From an uncultured Chloroflexia bacterium (GTDB taxonomy: Bacteria > Chloroflexota > Limnocylindria > Limnocylindrales > CSP1-4), in the NCBI GenBank assembly GCA_963713975.1, contig OY970218.1:2880001-2944000 (forward strand): 64,000 nt of DNA, written 5' to 3'. This document shows positions 1 through 9,739 of this stretch, in pieces. The notes beneath the pieces were generated by a model. That model did no database searches. It was not told the DNA's origin and worked only from the letters and a program-made list of their open reading frames with translations. A program made the translations under genes and the position numbers. Each line of letters begins with the position of its first letter. The stretch's first letter is position 1.

Positions 1-2
1 AG

Positions 3-1070
3 CTGCAGGCCACGCTGCGGGCGATGGTCGCCGGGGGCAACGCCGCGGCCGTCGTGGAGACGACGTCGCATGCCCTCGAGCTGGAGCGCGTGCTGGGTGT
101 CGCGTACGACGTGGCGATGTTCACGAACCTCACCCATGAGCACCTTGATCTCCACGGGACGTTCGAGGCGTACCGGGCCGCCAAGCTCCGCCTGTTCGAG
201 ATGCTGGCGAGCGGTGTCGGGAACCCGGCCAAGGTCGTGGGTGGACGCCCGTGGCCCAAGCTGGCGGTGCTGAACGTGGACGATCCCGAGGCATCGGCCT
301 TCGCGGCGGCCGCGCGCACGGCCGGGGCGACCGTCATCTCCTACGGGACGGATCCGGCCGCCGACGTCCGGGCCACCCGGGTTCACGAGGACGCCCGGCG
401 GCTGCGGGTGGACCTTGCCGGCCCGTCTGGGACGGCATCGCTGGACCTGCGGCTTGCGGGGCGGTTCAACGTCCACAACGCGCTCGCCGTCGTGGCCATG
501 GGCGAGGGCCTCGGCCTCGACGGCGTGGCGGTTCGCGCCGGCCTCGAGGGCGTCCGTGGCGTTCCCGGTCGGATGGAGCGGATCGAGGCCGGCCAGCCCT
601 TCGGGGTCATCGTGGACTACGCCCACTCCCCGGCATCACTCCAGGTGGTGCTCGACCTGCTGGCGCCGGTTGCGGCCTCCGGTGGCGGCGCGCTGCTCGC
701 CGTCTTCGGTTCCGGCGGCGAGCGGGATCGCGCGAAGCGGGCGGTCATGGGCCGGATCGCCGGCGAGCGGTGCCGTCTCGTCATCGCGACCGACGAGGAC
801 CCCAGGGGCGAGGATCGCTTCGCCATCATCGACGAGGTCGTCCGGGGTGCGGAGTCTGCCGGCCGGACGCGAGGCGTCGACGTGCTGGCGGTCGCCGATC
901 GGCGCGAGGCCGTGGCCGCCGCCCTCGAGCATGCCCGCCCGGGCGACGTGGTCCTCCTGGCGGGCAAGGGCCACGAGCCGACGATCCTCTACGCGGATCA
1001 CGAGATCCCATGGGACGAGGCCGCGGTCGCACGGGAGATCCTGGCGGCCATGGGCTGGACGGCCGGCTGA
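3..1070 (+). CDS. murE: UDP-N-acetylmuramoyl-tripeptide synthetase MurE (5' truncated by window edge)
   Basis: Motifs ETTSHAL, FTNLTHEHLDLH, GRFNVHN, VPGRME, VDYAHSP, GSGGERDRAKR, DEDPR, LAGKGHE; frame open to window start. Confidence 0.93.
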   Translation: MQATLRAMVAGGNAAAVVETTSHALELERVLGVAYDVAMFTNLTHEHLDLHGTFEAYRAAKLRLFEMLASGVGNPAKVVGGRPWPKLAVLNVDDPEASAFAAAARTAGATVISYGTDPAADVRATRVHEDARRLRVDLAGPSGTASLDLRLAGRFNVHNALAVVAMGEGLGLDGVAVRAGLEGVRGVPGRMERIEAGQPFGVIVDYAHSPASLQVVLDLLAPVAASGGGALLAVFGSGGERDRAKRAVMGRIAGERCRLVIATDEDPRGEDRFAIIDEVVRGAESAGRTRGVDVLAVADRREAVAAALEHARPGDVVLLAGKGHEPTILYADHEIPWDEAAVAREILAAMGWTAG

Positions 1071-1074
1071 CGCG

Positions 1075-1788
1075 GTGCGGAGCTGCCTGTTCATCAGCCT
1101 GCTCGGCGCGATCGTCGTGGCGTTCGTGATCGCGGTTGGCCTGCCGGCGTTGGCCGCGGGGATCATCACCGGGGGCCTGGGTGCGGCGGGCCTGGCCGCG
1201 GACGACACCACGGTGACCGTCTCCAGCGACCCGCCGACCGACCTGCTGGGGCTCCACGCGGACCGCGTCCGGGTGAGCGCGACCGACGCGACGTTCCGGG
1301 GCATGGCGATCGGGCTGCTGGAGCTGACGCTCGGGGACGTGCAGGTTCTGGAGCGGACCGCGGAGAGCGTCCAGGGACGACTGACCGACGTTGAGGTCTC
1401 GGTCCCGGGCGGTGGTCCGATCGCCATCCCCACGATCGGCATCGAGGGCGGCGGCGACACGGTCACGATGAGCTCGGTGATCCCCAGGGCGGCGGTCAAG
1501 CGCCTGATCGCCGACGCCACGGAGGCCCGCACGGGATCGCGCCCGACGTCGGTGGTCCTGACGGTCCCCGACGGCGTCGCGGTCAAGGTCGCCGGTGTGA
1601 CAGCGTCGGGCCGGCTCGTCGTCCGCGACGGCGACCTCGTGCTGGTGGGAGATGGAACCTCTGCGGGCACCGACAGTGTCATCCTTCGTGGCGGCGAGGA
1701 CCTGCCCGTGGAGCTCACGTCCGTCTGGATCACCGGGTCCGGGGGCCTGCGCATGACCGGCGACCTCTCCGTCGGGATCCTGGGTTGA
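1075..1788 (+). CDS. membrane-anchored hypothetical protein, LmeA/DUF2993-like
   Basis: GTG 4 nt after murE stop; hydrophobic N-terminus (CLFISLLGAIVVAFVIAVG) then beta-rich domain (DLLGLHADRVRVSATDATF) resembling DUF2993. Confidence 0.55.
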   Translation: MRSCLFISLLGAIVVAFVIAVGLPALAAGIITGGLGAAGLAADDTTVTVSSDPPTDLLGLHADRVRVSATDATFRGMAIGLLELTLGDVQVLERTAESVQGRLTDVEVSVPGGGPIAIPTIGIEGGGDTVTMSSVIPRAAVKRLIADATEARTGSRPTSVVLTVPDGVAVKVAGVTASGRLVVRDGDLVLVGDGTSAGTDSVILRGGEDLPVELTSVWITGSGGLRMTGDLSVGILG

Positions 1789-1825
1789 GCCACGGCTGAG
1801 CCACGGGCCACCGGGATACAACGGG

Positions 1826-1831
1826 TAGACT
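1826..1831 (+). promoter_or_regulatory. -10 element TAGACT, probable leaderless promoter of rel
   Basis: TAGACT 6 nt before ATG 1838, no Shine-Dalgarno. Confidence 0.6.
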
Positions 1832-1837
1832 CCGCGC

Positions 1838-4129
1838 ATGGCCGAGCCTGTCGTGCGCGATCCGGAGGTGCCCGTCGAGGCGCCACGTCCGGCCACGTCC
1901 GGCCCGCGGAGGGCCACGCGGAGTAGCGCGGCGAGCGCCCCGGTCGAAGGTCGTCGGGCCCCGGTCGTGCGAGCCGTGGCCTTCGATGCCGGGGCCGTGC
2001 GAAGCCGCTTGCTGGCGGAGCTCCACCAGCAGCACCCGCACGCGGATCTCGAGGTCGTCGAGCGAGCGTTCGACCTCGCCGTCGAGGCCCACGCCAGCCA
2101 GGTCCGCGCGTCCGGCGAGCCCTACGTCACGCACCCGATCGCGTCGGCCCAGATCCTCGCGGAGCTGGGCATCGACCCTGTCGCCGTAGCGGCTGCGCTC
2201 CTGCACGACGTCCCGGAGGACACCGAGTTCAGCCTCGCGGACGTCGAGGAGCGGTTCGGGCCCGAAATCGCCCACATGGTTGATGGCGTCACGAAGCTGT
2301 CCAAGTTCAGCACCCACAGCCATGAGCAGCAGCAGGCAGAGAACATCAGGAAGATGTTCCTGGCCATGGCCGACGACATCCGAGTCGTGCTCATCAAGCT
2401 CGCCGACCGGCTCCACAACATGCGCACGCTCGGCGCCCTCAAGCTCGAGAAGCAGCAGCGGATCGCCCGCCAGACGATGGAGATCTACGCCCCGCTCGCT
2501 GAGCGGCTCGGGATCTGGCAGATCAAGTGGGAGCTCGAGGACCTGTCGTTCAAGGTGCTGGAGCCCGAGGCGTACCGGGAGCTTGCCAAGCTCCTCGATA
2601 CCCGGCGGCGCGGCCGAGAGACCTACATCGATCGGGCGATCTCGGAGCTCCGGCCGCGTCTCGAGGGGGCCGCGATCGACGCCGAGCTGCAGGGCCGGCC
2701 CAAGCACATCTACAGCATCTGGCGGAAGATGCAGCGCAAGGGCGCCGAGTTCGGCGAGATCTACGACGTCTACGCCATCCGCCTGCTCGTGGACGAGATC
2801 CGCGACTGCTACGCGGCGCTGGGCATCGTGCACGCCCTGTGGCGCCCCATCCCCGGTCAGTTCGACGACTACATCGCGGTTCCCAAGAACAACCTGTACC
2901 AGTCGCTGCACACGGCCGTGATCGCGCTCGACGGCAAGCCGCTCGAGATCCAGATCCGCACCCACGCGATGCACCAGGTCTCGGAGGTCGGCATCGCGGC
3001 CCACTGGCGCTACAAGGAGGGCTCGAAGGCAGAGCGCGACTACGACGCCAAGCTCGCTTGGTTGCGCCAGCTGATGGAGTGGCAGCGGGACGTCAGCGAG
3101 TCCGACGCGACGGAGTTCGTGGAGGGGATCAAGCTCGACATCTTCCAGGATCAGGTCTTCGTGTTCACGCCCCGCGGCGACGTCAAGGACCTGCCGGCCG
3201 GTGCCACGCCGCTCGACTTCGCCTACCGCATCCACACCGACATCGGACATCGCACGATCGGCGCCAAGGTCAACAACCGCCTCGTGCCCCTGGACTACCG
3301 GCTCAAGAACGGCGACATCGTCGAGATCGTGACCACCAAGGGCGAGCACGGCCCGTCGCGGGACTGGATGAACATCGTCCGGACATCCCACGCACGCGAG
3401 AAGATCCGCCAATGGTTCAAGAAGAAGGACCGCGCGGAGAACATCACCCACGGTCGGGAGAGCCTCGAGCGGGAGCTCCGCCGGCTGGCCCGGACCAGCA
3501 TCCAGGCGGTGGGCATGGACCACATCGTCGAGGTGGGCAAGACATACCAGCACGACACGGCGGACGACTTCTTCGCCGCCATCGGTTACGGCGCCATCTC
3601 GCCCCAGCAGGTCGTCATGCGCCTGGGCGTCCTCGACGATGGCCACAGCGCGCTGCCCACGGTCGCACCGGTCCAGCCCGCCCGGGCCGGCGGCGTGCGG
3701 GTCAAGGGGGTGGGGGACCTCCTGGTCCGCTTTGCCAAGTGCTGCCACCCGATCCCCGGCGACCCGATCCAGGGATTCATCACGCGCGGCAAGGGCATCA
3801 CCGTGCACCTGCGCACCTGCCCGACCGTCATCAACGAGCGCGAGGTCACACGCCTGATCGACGTCGAGTGGGAGGCCGCTCCGGCCCAGACCTATCCGAT
3901 CGCGATCACCGTCGAGGCCTACGACCGGACGGGTCTACTGTCCGACATCACCCAGGTGATGGCCGAGAACAAGGTGAACATCCTGGCCGCAAGCGTGAGC
4001 GTGAACCCGGACCACACCGCGGCCGTGACGATGACGATCCAGGTGGCCTCGGTGGCCCAGCTGGCCAAGGTCATGAGCCGCGTCGAGCAGCTCAAGGACG
4101 TCCTGAGCGTCCAGCGGGACCTCAGCTAG
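1838..4129 (+). CDS. rel: bifunctional (p)ppGpp synthetase/hydrolase Rel
   Basis: HD domain (RASGEPYVTHP, LLHDVPEDT, KLADRLHNMRT), synthetase (GRPKHIYSI, YQSLHT, EIQIRT), TGS (DFAYRIHT), CCHP zinc finger, C-terminal ACT. Confidence 0.96.
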   Translation: MAEPVVRDPEVPVEAPRPATSGPRRATRSSAASAPVEGRRAPVVRAVAFDAGAVRSRLLAELHQQHPHADLEVVERAFDLAVEAHASQVRASGEPYVTHPIASAQILAELGIDPVAVAAALLHDVPEDTEFSLADVEERFGPEIAHMVDGVTKLSKFSTHSHEQQQAENIRKMFLAMADDIRVVLIKLADRLHNMRTLGALKLEKQQRIARQTMEIYAPLAERLGIWQIKWELEDLSFKVLEPEAYRELAKLLDTRRRGRETYIDRAISELRPRLEGAAIDAELQGRPKHIYSIWRKMQRKGAEFGEIYDVYAIRLLVDEIRDCYAALGIVHALWRPIPGQFDDYIAVPKNNLYQSLHTAVIALDGKPLEIQIRTHAMHQVSEVGIAAHWRYKEGSKAERDYDAKLAWLRQLMEWQRDVSESDATEFVEGIKLDIFQDQVFVFTPRGDVKDLPAGATPLDFAYRIHTDIGHRTIGAKVNNRLVPLDYRLKNGDIVEIVTTKGEHGPSRDWMNIVRTSHAREKIRQWFKKKDRAENITHGRESLERELRRLARTSIQAVGMDHIVEVGKTYQHDTADDFFAAIGYGAISPQQVVMRLGVLDDGHSALPTVAPVQPARAGGVRVKGVGDLLVRFAKCCHPIPGDPIQGFITRGKGITVHLRTCPTVINEREVTRLIDVEWEAAPAQTYPIAITVEAYDRTGLLSDITQVMAENKVNILAASVSVNPDHTAAVTMTIQVASVAQLAKVMSRVEQLKDVLSVQRDLS

Positions 4130-5480
4130 CGCTGGCCGCCGGCTCACTGGACGGGGCCGCCGCCGTGATCTCCTCGTCCGTCGGGCCGCCGGCCGGTTCG
4201 AACTGCGCCGCACCACGGATGCGCCGGAGCCACACCAGGACCAGGCCCCCGGTCGCGATGCAGGCGACTCCGCCCACCGCCAGCGAGGCCTCTACGCTGA
4301 ACGCCGAGGCGAGCCAGCCCATCAGCAGGCTGCCCGCGGGGGCAGACCCGACGAAGACCGTCGTGTACACGCTGATGACCCGACCGCGCAGCGCGTCCGG
4401 TGCGGCGAGCTGGACCGTCGTGTTGGCGGTTGCCGCCATGCCGATGGCGCCCATGCCCATGAACAGCATCGCCACGAGGGCGAGCGAGTAGACCTGGATG
4501 AACGCCGCGGCCATGAGGGCGACGCCGAGCATCAGCGTCCCGAGCGGGATGATCACCGGGCGTGATCGGCCGGAGAACGCGATCGCCAGCGCGGCCACCA
4601 GAGACCCGATGCCGGAGGCCGTCATCAGGAAGCCATAGCCGGTCGCGTCCGTGTTGAGCACCTCCTGGGCGAGCGCCGGGATGGTGACGGAGAAGTTCAT
4701 CCCGAAGGTGGACACGAGGCCGACGGTCACCGTGGCCAGCAGGACGAGCTCGGCGTGGCGCACGTACCGGAGCCCCTCGGCCAGGGAGGACCGGACCTCT
4801 GCCACCGACTGCGGCCGGGGCAGGATGGTCGGGTGCTGGAGCTCGTCGTCGCGCATTGCCAGGTAGGCGGCGATCACGGCCAGGAAGCTGATGCCGTTGA
4901 GCAGGAACGCGATCGCGACGTCTCCCCCGAAGAACCCGATCGTGAGGCCGGCGATGGCCGGACCGACGATCCGTGCGCCGTTGAACACGGCGGAGTTGAG
5001 GGCGATGGCATTGGCCACGTCCTCGCGCCCGACCATCTCGACCGTGAACGCCTGGCGGGTGGGCATGTCCACGGCATTCGTGACCCCGAGGATGACCGCG
5101 AGCACGCAGATCTGCCAGATCTGGACGACATCGGTCGCGACGAGCCCGAACAACAGGAACGCCAGGACCATCTGGACGGTCTGGGCGGCGATGAGCGTCC
5201 GTCGCTTGGGCAGCGCGTCCGCGATCAGTCCGCCGAACAGGCCGAGGACCAGCACGGGCAGGAAGCCGAGGGCCGTCACGAGGCCGAGGACGAACGGGTC
5301 ATGGGTCAGCTGCAGGACGAGCCAGCCCAGGGCCACCTGCTGCATCCAGGTGCCGATGAGCGAGGTGAGCTGGCCCGCGAAGAACAGGCGGTAGTTGCGG
5401 TGGCGGAAGGCGAGTCCCCCGTTGCGGAGCGCGAAACCCGATCCGAACTGGGGCAGGCCCGTGCGGCGGTGCCTGGTCAC
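4122..5480 (-). CDS. MFS transporter (MFS_3/H+ antiporter-like)
   Basis: RHRNYRLFFAGQLTSLIGTWMQ, GGLIADALPKRR, DMPTRQAF, ARIVGPAIAG; about 12 hydrophobic segments; GTG overlaps merR stop. Confidence 0.9.
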   Translation of the reverse strand: MTRHRRTGLPQFGSGFALRNGGLAFRHRNYRLFFAGQLTSLIGTWMQQVALGWLVLQLTHDPFVLGLVTALGFLPVLVLGLFGGLIADALPKRRTLIAAQTVQMVLAFLLFGLVATDVVQIWQICVLAVILGVTNAVDMPTRQAFTVEMVGREDVANAIALNSAVFNGARIVGPAIAGLTIGFFGGDVAIAFLLNGISFLAVIAAYLAMRDDELQHPTILPRPQSVAEVRSSLAEGLRYVRHAELVLLATVTVGLVSTFGMNFSVTIPALAQEVLNTDATGYGFLMTASGIGSLVAALAIAFSGRSRPVIIPLGTLMLGVALMAAAFIQVYSLALVAMLFMGMGAIGMAATANTTVQLAAPDALRGRVISVYTTVFVGSAPAGSLLMGWLASAFSVEASLAVGGVACIATGGLVLVWLRRIRGAAQFEPAGGPTDEEITAAAPSSEPAASAS

Positions 5481-5995
5481 CGCGTCGTCCCCCTGCGGGT
5501 CGACGGTGACGCCGGGACATGGGCGTGGGTGGGCTCGCGACCGGCGTCGAGGTCGGCGAGATGGCCGGCGAGGTGGACGCGCCGCTCCTCGGCCGCCGCG
5601 ATCATCGCGTCGAGGCGCTCGATCTTGCCCCGCAGGGTCGCGACCTGGCGGTCCACGGACTCGATGGCGTCGCCCACGATGCGCCGGCGCTCGGCGACGT
5701 CCGTGGAGGTCCGGAAGCGGAGCCGGTTGCGGACGCGGGCCTGCTCGTCCTCGAGGAGCTGGCGGATCTCGGCCAGCGAGAACCCGGCGTCATCGCGCAG
5801 GCCGCGGATGAACCGGAGCCGCTCCAGGTCCTCGGCGTCGTACAGGCGATAGGCGCCATCGGAGCGGGCGGCCGGTGCGAGCAGGCCGAGCTCCTCGTAG
5901 TAGCGGATGGCGCGCGGCGTGAGGCCGGTCTCGGCGGCCACCTCCTGGATGCGGAGGAGGCTGGCGGCGTCGATGGTCGTCGGGTGATCGATCAC
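5477..5995 (-). CDS. MerR family transcriptional regulator
   Basis: LRIQEVAAETGLTPRAIRYYEELGLL...RLYDAEDLERLRFI...GFSLAEIR, then coiled coil; GTG at 5995. Confidence 0.9.
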   Translation of the reverse strand: MIDHPTTIDAASLLRIQEVAAETGLTPRAIRYYEELGLLAPAARSDGAYRLYDAEDLERLRFIRGLRDDAGFSLAEIRQLLEDEQARVRNRLRFRTSTDVAERRRIVGDAIESVDRQVATLRGKIERLDAMIAAAEERRVHLAGHLADLDAGREPTHAHVPASPSTRRGTTR

Positions 5996-6001
5996 CCTCG
6001 C

Positions 6002-6007
6002 AGGATA
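6002..6007 (-). promoter_or_regulatory. -10 element TATCCT, probable leaderless promoter of merR-MFS
   Basis: Minus-strand TATCCT 6 nt before GTG 5995. Confidence 0.55.
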
Positions 6008-6057
6008 CCGAACCTTGCCGCATGCGTGAAGGTTGTGGATCGGTCGCGAGTCCGGCG

Positions 6058-6063
6058 TATCCT
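6058..6063 (+). promoter_or_regulatory. -10 element TATCCT, probable leaderless promoter of DUF202 gene
   Basis: TATCCT 6 nt before ATG 6070; divergent from the merR promoter. Confidence 0.55.
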
Positions 6064-6069
6064 CGTGGC

Positions 6070-6420
6070 ATGACCGTGGATCCCGACTCCCGTGCCCGGA
6101 CACACCTCGCGAACGAGCGGACGTTCCTCGCCTGGTTCCGAACGGGGATCACGTTCGTGGCGCTGGGGCTGGCCGCTGCGCAGTTCCTCGCCCGTGACGT
6201 GACGCCCGGCGTGCCGCTGGTGCGCGCAATCTCGACGGTAATGATCGGCAGCGGGGCAGTCCTCGTGGTCGTGGGGCTGTTCCGGTACCGCGAGGGCCGG
6301 CATCGGATCGAGGACGAGGTCTTCCACCCGGCGTCGGCCTCGATCGTGATCGCCGCCGCGGCCGCCCTCGTGATGGCGGTCCTGGGCGTCGCCTTCGTCT
6401 GGCTGCTCCACCCGGCCTGA
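6070..6420 (+). CDS. YidH/DUF202 family membrane protein
   Basis: RTHLANERTFLAWFRTG signature; three hydrophobic helices. Confidence 0.9.
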   Translation: MTVDPDSRARTHLANERTFLAWFRTGITFVALGLAAAQFLARDVTPGVPLVRAISTVMIGSGAVLVVVGLFRYREGRHRIEDEVFHPASASIVIAAAAALVMAVLGVAFVWLLHPA

Positions 6421-6454
6421 CGCACAGCGCGTCCTCGCCGGGGCGGGGGAGGGC

Positions 6455-6460
6455 TAGACT
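6455..6460 (+). promoter_or_regulatory. -10 element TAGACT upstream of hisS
   Basis: TAGACT 8 nt before ATG 6469. Confidence 0.55.
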
Positions 6461-6468
6461 CTCTGGCG

Positions 6469-7755
6469 ATGCCGACCTTCCGCGCCCCCCGGGGCACCCG
6501 TGACCTCCTGCCGGACGAACGCGCCGCGTTCGACCGCCTGACCCGGATCGCAGCCGACCTGGCGGCCCGCTACGGCTACCGGGCCATCGAGACGCCGCTG
6601 TTCGAGCAGGCCGCCTTGTTCGAGCGAGGGATCGGCAGCGTGACCGATGTCGTGGAGAAGGAGCTGTTCCGGATCGCGCCGCGAACGGAGGAGTCCGAGT
6701 CGTGGGCGCTCCGGCCGGAGCCCACGGCCGGCATCGTCCGGGCGTATGTCCAGCACGGCATGCAGACGTGGCCCCAGCCGGTGAAGGTCACGACGACGGG
6801 GCCCATGTTCCGCTACGACCGGCCGCAGGCCGGTCGCTTCCGCCAGTTCTGGCAGTTCGACGTGGAGGCGATCGGGGACCCTGGTCCTGCGGTCGACGCG
6901 GAGATCATCGAGCTCGGCACGCGCTTCTACGCGGAGGCCGGCGTCTCGGGTGTGGAGGTGCTGGTCAACTCGATCGGAGACCCGGCCTGCCGTCCGGCGT
7001 ACCTGGCCGCGCTGGTGGACCACTACCGCGGCCACGCGGACGCGCTGCCGGCCACGGAGCGGGATCGCCTGGAGCGCAACGCCCTGCGCCTGCTGGACTC
7101 CAAGGACCCGGCGATGGCACCGATCAACGCCGCGGCACCGCGGATCACGGACCACCTGTGCGAGGCTTGCGCGGCGCATTTCGAGGCCGTCAAGGCCCAC
7201 CTGGACGCGCTCGGAGTCCCGTTCCGCGTGGAGCCCGGGCTGGTCCGCGGCCTCGACTACTACACGCGTACCGCATTCGAGTACTACGTGGCGGGTCGCG
7301 AGGGCCAGCAGCAGGCACTGGGTGGTGGCGGCCGCTACGACGGCCTCGTGGCGCTGCTGGGCGGCAAGCCCACGCCGGGTATCGGGTTCGGCCTCGGGCT
7401 GGACCGCGTGGCGCTCGTCCTGGCGGAGCAGGGAGGTCCCAGCGCGGCCGTCGAGGGTCCGCTGGCGGTCGTGGTGGGAGCGGATCCCGACGACACGATC
7501 GGCCGGCTGCGGATCACCACGGACCTGCGGGCGGCCGGGCTGCGCGTCCGTGCGGACCTGGCGCGCCGCAAGCTGGGCCGCCAGCTGGAGGCGGCCGGCA
7601 GGGATGGTGCGCACTTCGCCGTCATCCTCGGGGACGAGCTGGCGGCGGGGCAAGTGGGCCTGCGAGACCTGCTGGCAGGGACTCAGCGTCTGGTCGCCCT
7701 CGGCGATCTCGCGCGGGAGCTGGCCCGCGCCGAGGCCGGTCACAGGCACGGCTGA
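6469..7755 (+). CDS. hisS: histidine--tRNA ligase
   Basis: PRGTRD, LRPEPTAG, MFRYDRPQAGRFRQFWQ, LVRGLDYY, GGGGRYDGL, GFGLGLDR. Confidence 0.97.
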   Translation: MPTFRAPRGTRDLLPDERAAFDRLTRIAADLAARYGYRAIETPLFEQAALFERGIGSVTDVVEKELFRIAPRTEESESWALRPEPTAGIVRAYVQHGMQTWPQPVKVTTTGPMFRYDRPQAGRFRQFWQFDVEAIGDPGPAVDAEIIELGTRFYAEAGVSGVEVLVNSIGDPACRPAYLAALVDHYRGHADALPATERDRLERNALRLLDSKDPAMAPINAAAPRITDHLCEACAAHFEAVKAHLDALGVPFRVEPGLVRGLDYYTRTAFEYYVAGREGQQQALGGGGRYDGLVALLGGKPTPGIGFGLGLDRVALVLAEQGGPSAAVEGPLAVVVGADPDDTIGRLRITTDLRAAGLRVRADLARRKLGRQLEAAGRDGAHFAVILGDELAAGQVGLRDLLAGTQRLVALGDLARELARAEAGHRHG

Positions 7756-7842
7756 CGCGGCTGCGGCTGGCGTTCACGGCCGGCAGGGCCTCGTGCCGTA
7801 CGATAGGGGGCCCGACCCACCGCAATCCGGAGACAGCGATCC

Positions 7843-9711
7843 GTGCCCGTCGACCACGCCCTGCTTGCCACCCCGTATCGGACCCATACCTGCGGCGAGC
7901 TCCGCGCTGAAGACGCCGGCTCGAATGCGAAGCTGGCAGGCTGGGTGCACCGCTGGCGTGACTACGGGAAGCTGATCTTCATCGACCTCCGCGACCGGCA
8001 CGGCATCACCCAGGTGGTGATCGACGCGGCGGATGCCCGAGAGGCGCACGAGATCGCGAGCCGCTGCCGCTCGGAGTTCGTCATCGCCATCGAGGGTGTC
8101 GTGGAGCGGCGCCAGGCGGGCAGCGAGAACGCCCGCCTGGAGACCGGCGCCATCGAGGTCCAGGTGCGCGGGATCACCATCCTCAACGAGTCGAAGACCC
8201 CGCCGTTCTACGTGAACGACCCGGACGCGCCCATCGACGAGAGCCTGCGGCTCAAGTACCGCTACCTCGACATCAGGCGCGAGGCGATGCAGCGCCGCCT
8301 GCTGCTCCGCAGCCGGCTCGTCCAGGCGATCCGCGAGGTCCATCACGCGAACGGGTTTGTCGAGGTCGAGACACCCAACCTGATCAAGAGCACGCCGGAG
8401 GGTGCGCGGGACTTCATCGTCCCGAGCCGCCTCCAGCCGGGCACGGTCTATGCCCTGCCGCAGAGCCCGCAGCAGCTCAAGCAGCTGCTCATGGTTGCCG
8501 GGATCGACCGCTACTTCCAGATCGCGCGCTGCTTCCGCGACGAGGACCTGCGCGGCGACCGCCAGCCGGAGTTCACCCAGCTGGACCTCGAGATGAGCTT
8601 TGTGGACGAGGCGGCCGTGATGGCCTTCATCGAGCACATGGTCATCGAGGTCACGCGGGCGACGGCTCCCGACCGGCCCATCCGCGAGATCCCGTTCCCG
8701 GTCTTCGAGTACGAGGACGCGATGGAGCGCTTCGGGTCGGACAAGCCGGACCTGCGGTTCGCCATGGAGCTGTACGACCTGGCGCCGGCCTTCACGGGCG
8801 CCGACGGCACGCCCGTCAGCGGCTTCCGGGTCTTCGACGAGACGATCGCGGGCGGTGGCCGGGTGAAGGGCATCACGGCCCCCGGGATGGCCGGCGCCAC
8901 GCGCCGCGAGATCGACGAGCTGACCGAGATGGCCAAGCGCTTTGGCGCCCGGGGTCTCGTGCACCTGGCCGTCCAGCCGGGCGGCGACCTCCACGGGCCG
9001 GTGGCAAAGTTCCTGGCGGCGGAGATGCAGGCCGCCGTCAAGGTCGCGGCCGGCGCGGGCGATGGCGACCTGGTGCTCGTGATCGCCGACACAGGCGAGA
9101 CCGCGAACGACGTCCTCGGCCGGTTGCGGGTTGAGCTCGGTGGACGCCTCGGCCTCGCCGACCCGGACGAGCTCGCCTACTGCTGGGTCAACCACTTCCC
9201 GATGTACCAGTGGGATGAGCCGTTCAGCCGCTGGGATGCGACCCACAACCCGTTCAGCGGCGTGGTTCCCGAGGACGAGGCGTTGCTCACGACGGTCTCG
9301 GGCAACCTCGACGACCGCTCGCCGGACGATCCCGCCGGCCGGGCCAAGGCGATGCAGTACGACGTCGCCCTCAACGGCTGGGAGCTGGGCGGCGGCTCGG
9401 TCCGCATCTGGAAGCCGGACCTGCTGGCACGCAGCTTCAACCTGCAGGGCTACACGCTCGAGCAGATGCGCGAGCGCTTCGGGGCGATCCTGGAGGCATT
9501 CGAGTACGGTGCCCCGCCCCATGGCGGGATCGCGCTGGGCGTGGACCGCTGGGCGGCGCTCCTCAGCTACCAGACGAACATCCGCGAGGTCATGGCGTTC
9601 CCCAAGACCCAGTCCGGCTCGGACCTGATGCTCGAAGCGCCATCGGCGCCGGACGATGGCCAGTACGCGGAGCTCGGGCTGAGCTTCGTGGGGGTTCCCG
9701 ACAGGAAGTAG
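7843..9711 (+). CDS. aspS: aspartate--tRNA ligase
   Basis: YRTHTCGEL, LRLKYRYLDIRR, STPEGARDF, ALPQSPQ, CFRDEDLRGDRQPEFTQLD, GAPPHGGIALG; SD GGAGA at 7829-7833. Confidence 0.97.
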   Translation: MPVDHALLATPYRTHTCGELRAEDAGSNAKLAGWVHRWRDYGKLIFIDLRDRHGITQVVIDAADAREAHEIASRCRSEFVIAIEGVVERRQAGSENARLETGAIEVQVRGITILNESKTPPFYVNDPDAPIDESLRLKYRYLDIRREAMQRRLLLRSRLVQAIREVHHANGFVEVETPNLIKSTPEGARDFIVPSRLQPGTVYALPQSPQQLKQLLMVAGIDRYFQIARCFRDEDLRGDRQPEFTQLDLEMSFVDEAAVMAFIEHMVIEVTRATAPDRPIREIPFPVFEYEDAMERFGSDKPDLRFAMELYDLAPAFTGADGTPVSGFRVFDETIAGGGRVKGITAPGMAGATRREIDELTEMAKRFGARGLVHLAVQPGGDLHGPVAKFLAAEMQAAVKVAAGAGDGDLVLVIADTGETANDVLGRLRVELGGRLGLADPDELAYCWVNHFPMYQWDEPFSRWDATHNPFSGVVPEDEALLTTVSGNLDDRSPDDPAGRAKAMQYDVALNGWELGGGSVRIWKPDLLARSFNLQGYTLEQMRERFGAILEAFEYGAPPHGGIALGVDRWAALLSYQTNIREVMAFPKTQSGSDLMLEAPSAPDDGQYAELGLSFVGVPDRK

Positions 9712-9739
9712 CCGCGGCGAGGGTGGCAGCGGGCTCCCC

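Noticed and set aside
6421-6468. T-box leaders before hisS, aspS and alaS
   Set aside because: Upstream gaps are only 40-90 bp and lack the T-box consensus.
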